From a virus (taxonomy: Duplodnaviria > Caudoviricetes), in IMG/VR virus record IMGVR_UViG_3300038675_000477, positions 1-48,255 of that record: a DNA stretch of 48,255 bases, one strand, 5' to 3'. The notes beneath the pieces are model-generated. The model saw only the letters and a list, made by a program, of their open reading frames with translations, ran no database searches and was not told the origin of the DNA. Below, in pieces: positions 29,766-39,302 of this stretch (position 1 is the stretch's first letter; every line of letters begins with the position of its first letter). The translations under genes were made by a program, and so were the position numbers.

Positions 29766-31730
29766 ATGAAGCATTTACAACCTTATTTAAATAACGATTA
29801 TAATGTATCTTTAGTTAATAGCATTACTGAACCTATATCTGAATTAATAGATAAAAGATTGTCATTTGAGTCTTTGATAGAAGAAGCTAATTTCTTAAAT
29901 AAAATAGAAGAAAGTATCCCAGAAGACATTAAATTAATGATAGAATTAGATATGATCTTAGAAAAAGGAGGAGTAGAAACTTATCTTAAAAATTTAATGA
30001 CTGGAGATAATAGATTAATAAAGATGGCTTCTAAACATCTCAGTGAAAAAGATGCTCGTAAGTTAAATGAATCATATAAAATTGCAATGAATTCATTTAG
30101 AACAACAGTATTAAACGAACAAGATGTTTCTACTGCGATAAATAGAGGAGCAAAAGATATGGGCACAGGTTTAAATCAATTTGATGATGTAATGTCAAAT
30201 ACCTTTGGAAATAAAAAAGATATACCGAGTACTGCTTTCACCTCTACACTTAAGTCAGCAGAAGATGCTACTGTTGATAATCAACCAATTAATATTGATG
30301 CTGAAATAGATAAAATAGCAAGCGACGATATACATAAAACCGGAGGAGAAAGCTTAATGGCTAAACTTAAAGAATTTGGAATGGCTATTACTGAAGGAGG
30401 ATCAGCATGGGGTATATTACATCTAGTGCTAGACATTGTCGGTATAGTAGGAGATTTCTTCAGTCCAATTGGTTTAATTACTGATATAATAAATGGTATT
30501 TTATACATGTTACGAGGAAAATGGGTATTAGCAATACTATCATTTGCTGCAGCTGTTATACCATTTGCTGGTCCGGTTATTAAGAATGTATTCAGAGCAG
30601 GAAAAGCAGGAAAAGCTATTCCAGTTTTTGAAAAGGCATTTGGAGCAACAATTAAAGGATCATCCAATATATCTCAAGCAGCTCTTAAAGAAGCTGCTAA
30701 ATCTGCTCCAGAAACAATCGAAGGATTAAATTACATAGCAAAATTTAATAAGTCGTCTCTTTCTAAAGTTGGTACAGCATTAAATGCATTCTTTGAAAAA
30801 TTCTTAGGCAAAATAGTTGAATGGATTCCATTTGTTGGAAAACCTCTTAGACAGTTATTTATTAAAATAGGAGATCTATTTAATACTTTTAGTATTAAGG
30901 CTACAAAAGTATCAGATGACATACTTAAAGGAATGGGTAAAGCTGAACTTGATGTTGCAAATGATTTCTTATCAGCTGCAAATAAACCTGGAGCAAAGAT
31001 AGTATCTAAAGGTAATGAAATGATTGTATTAACTAAAAATGGACAAGTACTTTCTAAAATGCCTTCACATTTACTTGGTGGCATAGGAAATATTAAAGCA
31101 GTAGGTAAGGCTCAGAATAGTTATATGACAGCGTTTGTTAAAAAAGCAGGAGCTAAAAATGTAGAACAAACAAATAGAGCCATTGCTAAATTTTATACCA
31201 ATCTTACAAATGTTGTTGAAGCTAATGCTAAATTAGGTAATAGTGTTAACAAGATAGGAAAGATGGCATATAGAGTAAGATCAACTACTGCTTATTTTAT
31301 AGGAAAACAAATAGTTAAATATTTACAAAGTGATGAAGGATTAGGAAAAAAAGTTACTAATCCAGAAACAGAAGCTATTGGAAACTTAGCAGTTAGAAAC
31401 ATGTTTCATGATAAAATTAATAAAGAATTAGCAGAAAATCCTGATCAAATATACAGTGTTCCATATATAGATACATTTTCAAGCAACGAAGAATTAGATA
31501 CACTTAATACTTATTTAAATTATATGGCAAAAAAGACAGGATATCCTAGTATAGGATCATTCACAGATTATGTTATAAGAGAGTCTGATGAAAAAGATCC
31601 AGATGCTATTGAATTTACTAATGAAATGTATCCAGAAAATAAAGATAAAAAAGGAATGGTGGACAGAGAAGATATTAAAGAATCAAAGTCCCACCTTAAG
31701 CACATAAGAGATATAAGTGATTTTCTATAA
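29766..31730 (+). CDS. Large helical protein with a pre-toxin-TG-like hydrophobic hairpin (candidate internal/ejection protein)
   Basis: LHLVLDIVGIVGDFFSPIGLITDIINGILYMLRGKWVLAILSFAAAVIPFAG, several xxE processing-like sites, and C-terminus ESKSHLKHIRDISDFL. Confidence 0.6.
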   Translation: MKHLQPYLNNDYNVSLVNSITEPISELIDKRLSFESLIEEANFLNKIEESIPEDIKLMIELDMILEKGGVETYLKNLMTGDNRLIKMASKHLSEKDARKLNESYKIAMNSFRTTVLNEQDVSTAINRGAKDMGTGLNQFDDVMSNTFGNKKDIPSTAFTSTLKSAEDATVDNQPINIDAEIDKIASDDIHKTGGESLMAKLKEFGMAITEGGSAWGILHLVLDIVGIVGDFFSPIGLITDIINGILYMLRGKWVLAILSFAAAVIPFAGPVIKNVFRAGKAGKAIPVFEKAFGATIKGSSNISQAALKEAAKSAPETIEGLNYIAKFNKSSLSKVGTALNAFFEKFLGKIVEWIPFVGKPLRQLFIKIGDLFNTFSIKATKVSDDILKGMGKAELDVANDFLSAANKPGAKIVSKGNEMIVLTKNGQVLSKMPSHLLGGIGNIKAVGKAQNSYMTAFVKKAGAKNVEQTNRAIAKFYTNLTNVVEANAKLGNSVNKIGKMAYRVRSTTAYFIGKQIVKYLQSDEGLGKKVTNPETEAIGNLAVRNMFHDKINKELAENPDQIYSVPYIDTFSSNEELDTLNTYLNYMAKKTGYPSIGSFTDYVIRESDEKDPDAIEFTNEMYPENKDKKGMVDREDIKESKSHLKHIRDISDFL

Positions 31731-31766
31731 AAAATAAAGCCAATCTAATTGATTGGCTTTATTTTT
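31730..31766. terminator. Bidirectional terminator
   Basis: AAAAATAAAGCCAATC-TAATT-GATTGGCTTTATTTTT between convergent genes. Confidence 0.88.
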
Positions 31767-31781
31767 GTTTTTTAATATTTA

Positions 31782-33266
31782 TTATTTCTTCTCTTCTTTC
31801 TTTTCCATTATCGACGAATATACTTGATTAATTTTATCCGTATATTCTCCAGCTTCACCTGTACATCCAGACCAATATGCTGAAGTAAATATTTTTAAAT
31901 CTCCACCAAGTTCGTCAGTTATGACATTATAAACTGTATTTCCCGGATCTATCTTAGAATAATATTTTGCAACTTTCTTACACATTTCAGGAGTAAGAGA
32001 AGTAATTAATAAACCTATTGCTAATTCCTCTTGATCTGTTGTATTTCTAAAAAGACCTGATCCATTTTTTAGTTCTAATAAATTATTGGCTATAGCCTTT
32101 GCATCCTTTTCTTTAATAGAATTTACGTAATTCTTCGGATCAGCCGCAAGTGTGTCATAATATCCAAGAACTTCTGCCAGATTAAATCCATCAGCTTGAG
32201 ATACTGGAATATTCATGTTATTTAATATATCCGCTCCTTTTTTAGCAGCAAATCCTCCAGCAATTTTAAGTTTACTTAAACTGTTAAATGTAATTCCTCC
32301 AGGTTTACCTGCTAGCATAACTAAATTATCTAAGCTTGTTGTGAATCCACTTTCAAATGTTACACTTGTTTTATTAATTGATTTAATTATTTGCTCGCTT
32401 CTTTCTCCGCTTCTTGCTGCATGATAACCTATTTTACTACCAACTGGATATGCTTTTTCTAACGATGCAGCTTTCTTTGCAGGACTTAAACCATTCCATA
32501 GACTTTTAAAACTTTTCATAAATTTAAGCTTATTAGCTGTTGATGCTGCTTTAGCTGCTTCAGTTCCTTTATGAGCAAGTTCTAAACTTCTTCCACCGAT
32601 TTTACCTGTTTTAAAAAGAGCAGAAGCTGCTGATCCTGCTCCAAATGTTACTGCAGTTAAAGTTAAATCTGCTATTATTGTAGTCAAAGAAGCTTCTATT
32701 CCTCTCCAAGTGTCCTTTGGGATCTGTCTTCTAAATGCATTTAATCCAACTGCTTCATCTGCTCCTGAAAATTCTTCATCCATTATTTTATTAAGACTCC
32801 AGTTAGCTCCATAATTTTTAATTAATGTATCATTTAACTTATCAAATAATACATCAGATTCTATTCCTTTTTCATTTGCTATTCTAGTTATTGCTCCAAC
32901 TACACCTGCAAAATCTTCCTCAGTTGTTCCAACTATTTTAGAAGCTTGATATAATAAAGCTGCTGCAACATCATAATCAGTATCACCAAATAAAAATTCA
33001 TCATTTAATATCCATAAACTAAATTTCGGATCATTCTTATCAGATAAATCTGCTTTTATAAAAATCTTATCTCCTTCTTTAACATCAAACTTATCATTAC
33101 GAATTTGAAATTGATACTGTTCTCCATCTTTTAGTTTTTGAGCAGTTTCTAATACATTTTTTAAAAAGTCATTGTTTTCACAATATTGTCTAATCCTTTC
33201 TTTTGGATCATCTGATATGGTTAATGCCTGTTCTACTATGTAATTTTTATGAAAATTATAATTCAT
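31782..33266 (-). CDS. Protein with two annexin-like repeats flanking a hydrophobic/Gly-Ala segment
   Basis: AAALLYQASKIVGTTEE..YG..LNKIMDEEFSGAD and AKAIANNLLELKNG..TTDQEE..VAKYYSK..TVYNVITDELGGDL. Confidence 0.55.
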   Translation of the reverse strand: MNYNFHKNYIVEQALTISDDPKERIRQYCENNDFLKNVLETAQKLKDGEQYQFQIRNDKFDVKEGDKIFIKADLSDKNDPKFSLWILNDEFLFGDTDYDVAAALLYQASKIVGTTEEDFAGVVGAITRIANEKGIESDVLFDKLNDTLIKNYGANWSLNKIMDEEFSGADEAVGLNAFRRQIPKDTWRGIEASLTTIIADLTLTAVTFGAGSAASALFKTGKIGGRSLELAHKGTEAAKAASTANKLKFMKSFKSLWNGLSPAKKAASLEKAYPVGSKIGYHAARSGERSEQIIKSINKTSVTFESGFTTSLDNLVMLAGKPGGITFNSLSKLKIAGGFAAKKGADILNNMNIPVSQADGFNLAEVLGYYDTLAADPKNYVNSIKEKDAKAIANNLLELKNGSGLFRNTTDQEELAIGLLITSLTPEMCKKVAKYYSKIDPGNTVYNVITDELGGDLKIFTSAYWSGCTGEAGEYTDKINQVYSSIMEKKEEKK

Positions 33267-33281
33267 TATTTATAGATTATT

Positions 33282-34343
33282 TTATTGAGCTGGATTGTTT
33301 TTACTTATCCCAGTTGTTTCAACTGTCGTATATCCTTTTCCTTCTCCAGGATCGTATACTACATCTGGGGTTTTAGAAGTCGTGGATGTTGATGAACTTG
33401 ATGTTCCTTCTCCTTTTTCTTCTGGAAATATTTTAGTTCCATCTCTATTATATAACATATTTTTAATATTTTCTTCATTTATGTCAGCTGATCCGTATTT
33501 TTCTTCATATTCAGATAATATTTTTTCAGCATATGCTTTATCCGTTAACACTTTAGTTAAATTTTCTTTATCTTTTGTATTTGTTATTTCACAATCAACA
33601 TATAAAGACATGTTACTAAGTTTTGCCCATTTTTCTGCACTAACATTATCATCTTCTGCAGTCTCCCACATTATTTTACCATCAACTAAAGAAATAGTAC
33701 CATCAGGTTTAGAATTATCCATAACATCTGCTTCTAAGTGTCCGTCATCTGTAAAAGTCATCAAATATCTTTTGTTATTAGTTCTCATGTCATATCTGAA
33801 ACGTCTTCCACCAAATTCAGATAAATTAGGATTTCCTTTCTGTTTAACATCTACTTCTTCAGCAGGATCTTCATCAACGTCATCAGAATTTACTCTATTT
33901 ACAGCATCTTTAACATTGCTATCTAATTCGCTACCAGGTTGTACATTACTTAAACCAACAGCGGACACGAAATTTAAATTAGAAGTAATTGATGGCGCAA
34001 TATTTCTATTAACTATTTTAATCTGTAATTTTTCAGTATTTTCAGTGTCAGTTTTAACAGTGTATAAAATAAATTTATCTTTAAAAAAGATATCATCTAA
34101 TTTTCCAAAAGTTTCAACAAGACCTGCTTGAGAATTATGAATTTCTGTAAGTCGTTTACGACCTGAATCTGTAAGTTGTCCATTAGTAATGAGATTTGCT
34201 GATCTTTTAAATTTAATCATATAAGACTCACTATCTTGAACTTTATATGTGATTTTTTGTTTCTTTCCATCAGGTCCTTCAATCGTGTGTCTTCCGTTTG
34301 TAGATTCGTTTAAATTTTCCCATGAATTTATTTTATTAAACAT
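33282..34343 (-). CDS. Hypothetical protein with a capsid-targeting-like leader
   Basis: Start reassigned to ATG 34343 (MFNKINSWENLNE), which follows ATAAATAAAAT. Confidence 0.7.
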   Translation of the reverse strand: MFNKINSWENLNESTNGRHTIEGPDGKKQKITYKVQDSESYMIKFKRSANLITNGQLTDSGRKRLTEIHNSQAGLVETFGKLDDIFFKDKFILYTVKTDTENTEKLQIKIVNRNIAPSITSNLNFVSAVGLSNVQPGSELDSNVKDAVNRVNSDDVDEDPAEEVDVKQKGNPNLSEFGGRRFRYDMRTNNKRYLMTFTDDGHLEADVMDNSKPDGTISLVDGKIMWETAEDDNVSAEKWAKLSNMSLYVDCEITNTKDKENLTKVLTDKAYAEKILSEYEEKYGSADINEENIKNMLYNRDGTKIFPEEKGEGTSSSSTSTTSKTPDVVYDPGEGKGYTTVETTGISKNNPAQ

Positions 34344-34398
34344 ATTAACACGTTTTATTTTATTTATTTGAAATAAATAATAAAAACACATAATACCT

Positions 34399-35274
34399 GT
34401 GAATTTTAAAAGCTTCAATGATTACGTAAAACAGTATTCTAATGACATAAAAACATTTTCAAATAGAGTAGCGATAGCGACAAATGAAAATGTAGATTTT
34501 CCATATTTTAATGTCATACGATCTGAATATGATGTATCTAATAATTATGATATTCCTATTATCATATCTGAATCATTTAATCCTGAATCTATAGCAATAA
34601 ATGAATCTCATAACTTTTTATATAATAAGCATATTACTCCTAAACTTGAGTCAATATATGAAGATTTTGCAGGACATTCATTTATTCCTAAAGAAGTAAG
34701 TGACATTAAAAATATTAAGAAATTAAAATTTCCTATACTCGCTTCTTCTAAAGATAAATCTGATGAATATAAAACTATTGGAAAATTAAAAGCTAGTGAA
34801 AGTATATACAATAAATTTAGAGAAAATCCTATTCCAAAAACTAAATTTACTATTCTTTCTTTTAAAAATTCACCTATAAGTATAATTGAAACAATTAATA
34901 AGTATCCATTAGATGTAGATATTTCTAAATTTAAACATTTAAAAGAAATAAGTGATATTGTTAATAAAGTATATGAAAAATACAATAATTTAGATTTTTA
35001 TAATATTGATATAATAGAATCTACTGATGGTGGATTTTATATAAATGGCATCAATAGAAAAATGAATCTAAATCCACATCAAGCTAAATCAGTATATAAA
35101 TGTGCATATGAAGATCATTATCAATCTAGACTTCCTAAATGGGCAGAAGAAGAAATTTTTAATGAAAGTGTTATCCCATACTATAGAAAGAAAGCATTAG
35201 ATTCTCATCTAATAACTTCTAATAATTCTATAGATTATTCAAAAATAATTGATAGATACGATGCCAAAGCTTAA
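34399..35274 (+). CDS. ATP-grasp-fold protein, apparently catalytically degenerate
   Basis: FIPKEV..LKFPILAS and LDFYNIDIIESTDGGFYINGIN match the RimK-like register PxT..FPxIxK and DxxxD....xxExN, but the Lys and Glu are absent. Confidence 0.5.
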   Translation: MNFKSFNDYVKQYSNDIKTFSNRVAIATNENVDFPYFNVIRSEYDVSNNYDIPIIISESFNPESIAINESHNFLYNKHITPKLESIYEDFAGHSFIPKEVSDIKNIKKLKFPILASSKDKSDEYKTIGKLKASESIYNKFRENPIPKTKFTILSFKNSPISIIETINKYPLDVDISKFKHLKEISDIVNKVYEKYNNLDFYNIDIIESTDGGFYINGINRKMNLNPHQAKSVYKCAYEDHYQSRLPKWAEEEIFNESVIPYYRKKALDSHLITSNNSIDYSKIIDRYDAKA

Positions 35275-35752
35275 TAGATTCGAAGATCTTGGAGACATTG
35301 ATGATTTAATGATGGATATGGCAGGAGTAAAAGAAATAGTAGCAGGAGTAGCTGTAGTATGGAATGGACACATTCTTTTAGTACATCCAACAAATGCAAG
35401 TTGGAGAAATAGCGCTCTAGGAATACCTAAAGGACATGTAGAAGAAGGAGAAGAATACATAGACGCAGCTGTAAGAGAATTAAAGGAAGAAACTGGCATA
35501 GAAATATCAACCAATGATCTTAATCAGGATATGCTAAGTGTTCCTATGTATAAAGGAAAAGAAATAGAAAAAATGCTATTATATTTTGAATTACATATAA
35601 ACTCTCCAAGTGAAATTGGAATGGATTCTTTAAAGATAAATAAAAATAAATTACAATTAACTGAGATCGATTGGGCTGGATTTGTTCCTATACGGGATGC
35701 ATATCCTTTAATGCACAGAAATCAATTAATAATACTTGACAGATTAACATGA
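35261..35752 (+). CDS. Nudix hydrolase
   Basis: Nudix box PKGHVEEGEEYIDAAVRELKEETGI. Confidence 0.92.
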   Translation: MPKLNRFEDLGDIDDLMMDMAGVKEIVAGVAVVWNGHILLVHPTNASWRNSALGIPKGHVEEGEEYIDAAVRELKEETGIEISTNDLNQDMLSVPMYKGKEIEKMLLYFELHINSPSEIGMDSLKINKNKLQLTEIDWAGFVPIRDAYPLMHRNQLIILDRLT

Positions 35753-37335
35753 GTAATGGAATATTAAAATTCAGCGATTGGGAAAAGGTAAATGAAGCTC
35801 CTACTGGATATCCAGGTGCACAAAATGTAGCAAATGCTGTCGGGGTAGGAGGAGTTGAAGTAAAAAACAAAAACCCACAAAAACCTGGAGCAGATGAATT
35901 AACTGGTGGTGGACCTATTGAAACTAAATTAATTGAAGTTGTAGGAGAATTAGAAAAAATGACAGGTATAACTGATTTTACCATAACTTCTGGAAATGAC
36001 TTATATCATAAAAATTATCCGTCATCTTGGCATAATAAGGGAATGGCTATTGACATAGTTTCACCAAAGTTTAACGATAAGAACAATAGACTTAAATTAG
36101 AAAAAGCTCTTATTGAATTAATTAAAAGTGGTAAATATGATCTTCCTGGAAATAGATTAGGAGGAGTAAATGAATATGATAATCCATCTTCTCATTCAAC
36201 TGGTGGACACTTTCATATATCAATGACTCCTAATAATCAATCAAGAGATGCCAAAGAGTGTTATTTTGGTCTTTCTGGAGTAACATCATATTCACAAATA
36301 AGAAATTTAAAAGCAGGACAACCATTAGAACCTAATGTAGACTCACCGTTAGCAATATCTTTTTCTAAAAATAATATGTGTAAGAGAAAACATTTCTCTT
36401 TACACTATGGAGAATCAAATAAGATACTTCGTTTGGAACCAGACGGTGAAAATAAATTTAAAGTATACGCAAGAACACGATCAATGTTTGACTCAAACAG
36501 TATTGGAAGCATTGAAATATCTCAAGAAAAAGTAACATATAAAGAAAGCGACGGTACTATCACAGATATAAGTGATAAACAATTGGGAATTAATGCCAAA
36601 GCGATAATGGATCAACTTAAGAATTCAGGATGTTTTGGAGGAAAGGGTGTTGAAAATAGAGGTAATGATAATACACAAAATTTAGATATATCAGGAACTG
36701 GAGATATTAAATCCTATTATACAGGTGAACAAGCAACAAATATAAGATATATTGAAGAAGCTGCTAAAGAAAGAGGAATAACTAATAATAGTTCTATAAT
36801 AGGAATGTTAGCAGTTATAGGAAAAGAGAGTAATTTTATTCCTAAAGATGAGAATTTAAATTATAGTGCAGAAGGATTAATGAAGACTTGGAGTTATTTT
36901 AGAAAAAAAGGAAAAGACTTTGCTAAAGAATATGCGCATAAGCCTGAAAAAATAGCCAATCTAGTATATGGAGAAAAGCCAAATGGTATAAGAGGTGGCG
37001 GTGGAAATACTAAAGAAGGAGATGGCTGGAAATATAGAGGAAGAGGATTCAATCAAATTACATTTAAAGATAATTACGAAATATATTCAAAGGACTTAAA
37101 GGTCGATTTAGTAAACGACCCTGATCTTTTACTTAATCCTGTTATTGCAGCTAAGGCAGCAGTATCATATTTTATAAATGCATTTAAAAGTAAGGATATA
37201 GATCCTAACAACTTTAAAAATGTTGATGATGCTATTAAAATGTATACCGCAGCTAATGCTGGTTGGGATAACAATAAAATATCAACTGAATTATCTAAAG
37301 CAGAAAAATATAAGGATAAATTCTATACAACATAA
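35749..37335 (+). CDS. Two-domain peptidoglycan hydrolase: M15/LAS-type Zn peptidase plus GH19 muramidase
   Basis: SWHNKGMAIDI..HFHIS (H-x6-D..HxH), then GKES..ENLNYS..PEKIANLVYG..GDGWKYRGRGFNQIT..DLVNDPDLL. Confidence 0.88.
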   Translation: MSNGILKFSDWEKVNEAPTGYPGAQNVANAVGVGGVEVKNKNPQKPGADELTGGGPIETKLIEVVGELEKMTGITDFTITSGNDLYHKNYPSSWHNKGMAIDIVSPKFNDKNNRLKLEKALIELIKSGKYDLPGNRLGGVNEYDNPSSHSTGGHFHISMTPNNQSRDAKECYFGLSGVTSYSQIRNLKAGQPLEPNVDSPLAISFSKNNMCKRKHFSLHYGESNKILRLEPDGENKFKVYARTRSMFDSNSIGSIEISQEKVTYKESDGTITDISDKQLGINAKAIMDQLKNSGCFGGKGVENRGNDNTQNLDISGTGDIKSYYTGEQATNIRYIEEAAKERGITNNSSIIGMLAVIGKESNFIPKDENLNYSAEGLMKTWSYFRKKGKDFAKEYAHKPEKIANLVYGEKPNGIRGGGGNTKEGDGWKYRGRGFNQITFKDNYEIYSKDLKVDLVNDPDLLLNPVIAAKAAVSYFINAFKSKDIDPNNFKNVDDAIKMYTAANAGWDNNKISTELSKAEKYKDKFYTT

Positions 37336-37387
37336 TTTATAAAACCTTTATTTTTATCATAGTATAAGAATAAAAAAATTATAAATT

Positions 37388-37882
37388 ATGCCAAAAAAAG
37401 TAGAAGAAACAGCTAAAAAAGAAGTTGAAGAAGTTTTAATAGAAGAACAACCTGAAACTAAACAAGAATCAGAAACAGTAACGGAGGTACCTGTTGAATC
37501 GTTAGAAGATCTAAAAAAGAGAAGAATGGGAACGTTTAAAATTAAAGCGCCCATTGGAGAACTTTCATATTTAAAGAATATGTTAAATAAAGTCGAATGG
37601 AAGGGACCTCAACAAGCATATCTTCTTTTAATTGCAAAAGCTGAGTTACATTCAATTCTTGCTGGATTATCTGAAAAGAATAAAAATGATGAAATAACAG
37701 TAGATGTTTCATCTGCTACAATAGAGTCATTGAGTTTCTTTATGAATAATAAGACAGGTGTTGGAACAGAGTCTGCGCAATTATTGTTTTCAGCTAGTAT
37801 GATATTACGACAAGCTATGATTGAGATCAATAAAATTGATAGAATGATACAGGCACACAATATTTCAAATAAAGATGAATAA
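37388..37882 (+). CDS. Hypothetical protein
   Basis: Clean ORF after an AGTATAA element. Confidence 0.7.
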   Translation: MPKKVEETAKKEVEEVLIEEQPETKQESETVTEVPVESLEDLKKRRMGTFKIKAPIGELSYLKNMLNKVEWKGPQQAYLLLIAKAELHSILAGLSEKNKNDEITVDVSSATIESLSFFMNNKTGVGTESAQLLFSASMILRQAMIEINKIDRMIQAHNISNKDE

Positions 37883-37936
37883 AAATGATTTTTTTTTTGA
37901 AATTTAATAATAAATAATAAAAAAATACATTATAAC

Positions 37937-38260
37937 ATGACAACAAGAGTTAAAAATTTTGATGGATTTATGAAGAGTAGATCCGCTAAAGTAAATGAGC
38001 AATATTACGGAGCTAATCCTGAAGAAGATTTCAATCCTGAAGATTTAGAAGGTGGAGAAGGCGAAGGTGAAGGTGCTGAAGGCGAAGGTGAAGAAGAACC
38101 AGTAACACTAGAAGATCTTAAAGCTATGGTTGAAGACCTTACTGAAAGAGTTGAAAAACTTGAAGGAGGAGAAGAAGAAGGTGAAGGCGAAGAAGGTGCT
38201 GAAGAAGGTGAAGAAGGCGAAGGTGAAGAAGGTGCTGAAGAAGGTGCTGAAGAAGAATAA
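37937..38260 (+). CDS. Small, very acidic Glu/Gly-repeat protein with a capsid-targeting-like leader (core/scaffold or DNA-mimic candidate)
   Basis: MTTRVKNFDGFMKSRSAKVNE leader, EG repeats around a short coiled coil, and its own promoter-like element and terminator. Confidence 0.7.
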   Translation: MTTRVKNFDGFMKSRSAKVNEQYYGANPEEDFNPEDLEGGEGEGEGAEGEGEEEPVTLEDLKAMVEDLTERVEKLEGGEEEGEGEEGAEEGEEGEGEEGAEEGAEEE

Positions 38261-38281
38261 TAGTTTCATTTCATATCATAT

Positions 38282-38316
38282 AAAAAAGGATACATTCATT
38301 AGAAGTATCCTTTTTT
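38282..38316 (+). terminator. Rho-independent terminator
   Basis: AAAAAAGGATAC-loop-GTATCCTTTTTT. Confidence 0.8.
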
Positions 38317-38341
38317 CGTATAAATAAATTAAAAATATAGC

Positions 38342-38773
38342 ATGCAAGTACCTTGTGAAATAATACTTCCACTATTTGAAGGATATTGTAGAAAAAACGA
38401 TATGGATGGCAGAGAAATAGTAGCAACTATTTCAGGAGTACCTGTTAAACTTAAGATAGCAGCTAACAATACTACTCAAATGAAAGGTTTTATGCATGAG
38501 GATGAACCCGAGGATGATCGAGGCATCTTATTTTTATACGATAATGAGATTCCATTACAATTCTGGATGAAAAACGTAAATTTTCCATTAGACATACTCT
38601 TTTTTGATTCTAATATGAATCTCATAAACAACTACACGATGGATTCATATAATGGAGAAACTGATGTTGACTTAAAAAGATACAATAGCGAAAGACCTGC
38701 CCAATATGCCGTAGAACTTAAATCTGGATGGTGTAACAAAAACTTAAAACAAGATTGTAAATTGAAGTTCTAA
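38342..38773 (+). CDS. DUF192 family protein
   Basis: KGFM..RGILFLY..FWMKNVNFPLDILFFD..AQYAVELKSG. Confidence 0.88.
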   Translation: MQVPCEIILPLFEGYCRKNDMDGREIVATISGVPVKLKIAANNTTQMKGFMHEDEPEDDRGILFLYDNEIPLQFWMKNVNFPLDILFFDSNMNLINNYTMDSYNGETDVDLKRYNSERPAQYAVELKSGWCNKNLKQDCKLKF

Positions 38774-38790
38774 TTGAGTATATTAGTTAT

Positions 38791-39297
38791 ATGAAACTAA
38801 CTGATGCACATATTGAACTCGCTAGATTAGTAGCGATTAAAGCACATGGAGATCAAGCGTATGACGAATTATATCCATACGTTAAACACTTAGATGATGT
38901 TGCTAACGTATTAAGAAGATTTGGTTGGACGCTTCCTAAGTATTTATGTTCAGCATATCTTCATGATGTAATTGAAGATACTGATGTTTCCTATAATGAC
39001 ATCAAGAAAAGATTTGGAGAAGAAGTTGCAGAAATTGTATTTTGTGTAACTGATGAAATGGGAAGAAACAGAAAAGAAAAACACGAAAAAACCTATCCAA
39101 AGATTGCATCTAATCCAGAAGCAATTATTATCAAATTAGCAGATAGAATAGCCAATGTTGAGCATGGAGGTAAATCAGAAATGTATGTAAATGAATATAA
39201 AGAATTTAAAATTAAATTATATTCGACAAGTGTGACTGTTTCTGCTCCTATTGTTATACCTATGTGGGTATGCTTAGACGAATTCTTTTTAAAATAG
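38791..39297 (+). CDS. Stand-alone RelA/SpoT-type HD hydrolase (Mesh1/small alarmone hydrolase-like)
   Basis: AHGDQ..PYVKHL..AYLHDVIEDT..FGEEVAEIV..VTD..IKLADRIAN. Confidence 0.85.
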   Translation: MKLTDAHIELARLVAIKAHGDQAYDELYPYVKHLDDVANVLRRFGWTLPKYLCSAYLHDVIEDTDVSYNDIKKRFGEEVAEIVFCVTDEMGRNRKEKHEKTYPKIASNPEAIIIKLADRIANVEHGGKSEMYVNEYKEFKIKLYSTSVTVSAPIVIPMWVCLDEFFLK

Positions 39298-39302
39298 ATA
39301 AT

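Noticed and set aside
33295-34131. 278-aa plus-strand ORF
   Set aside because: Antisense shadow of the minus-strand gene 33282-34343. Its S/L/F-rich composition is typical of reverse-complemented coding DNA.
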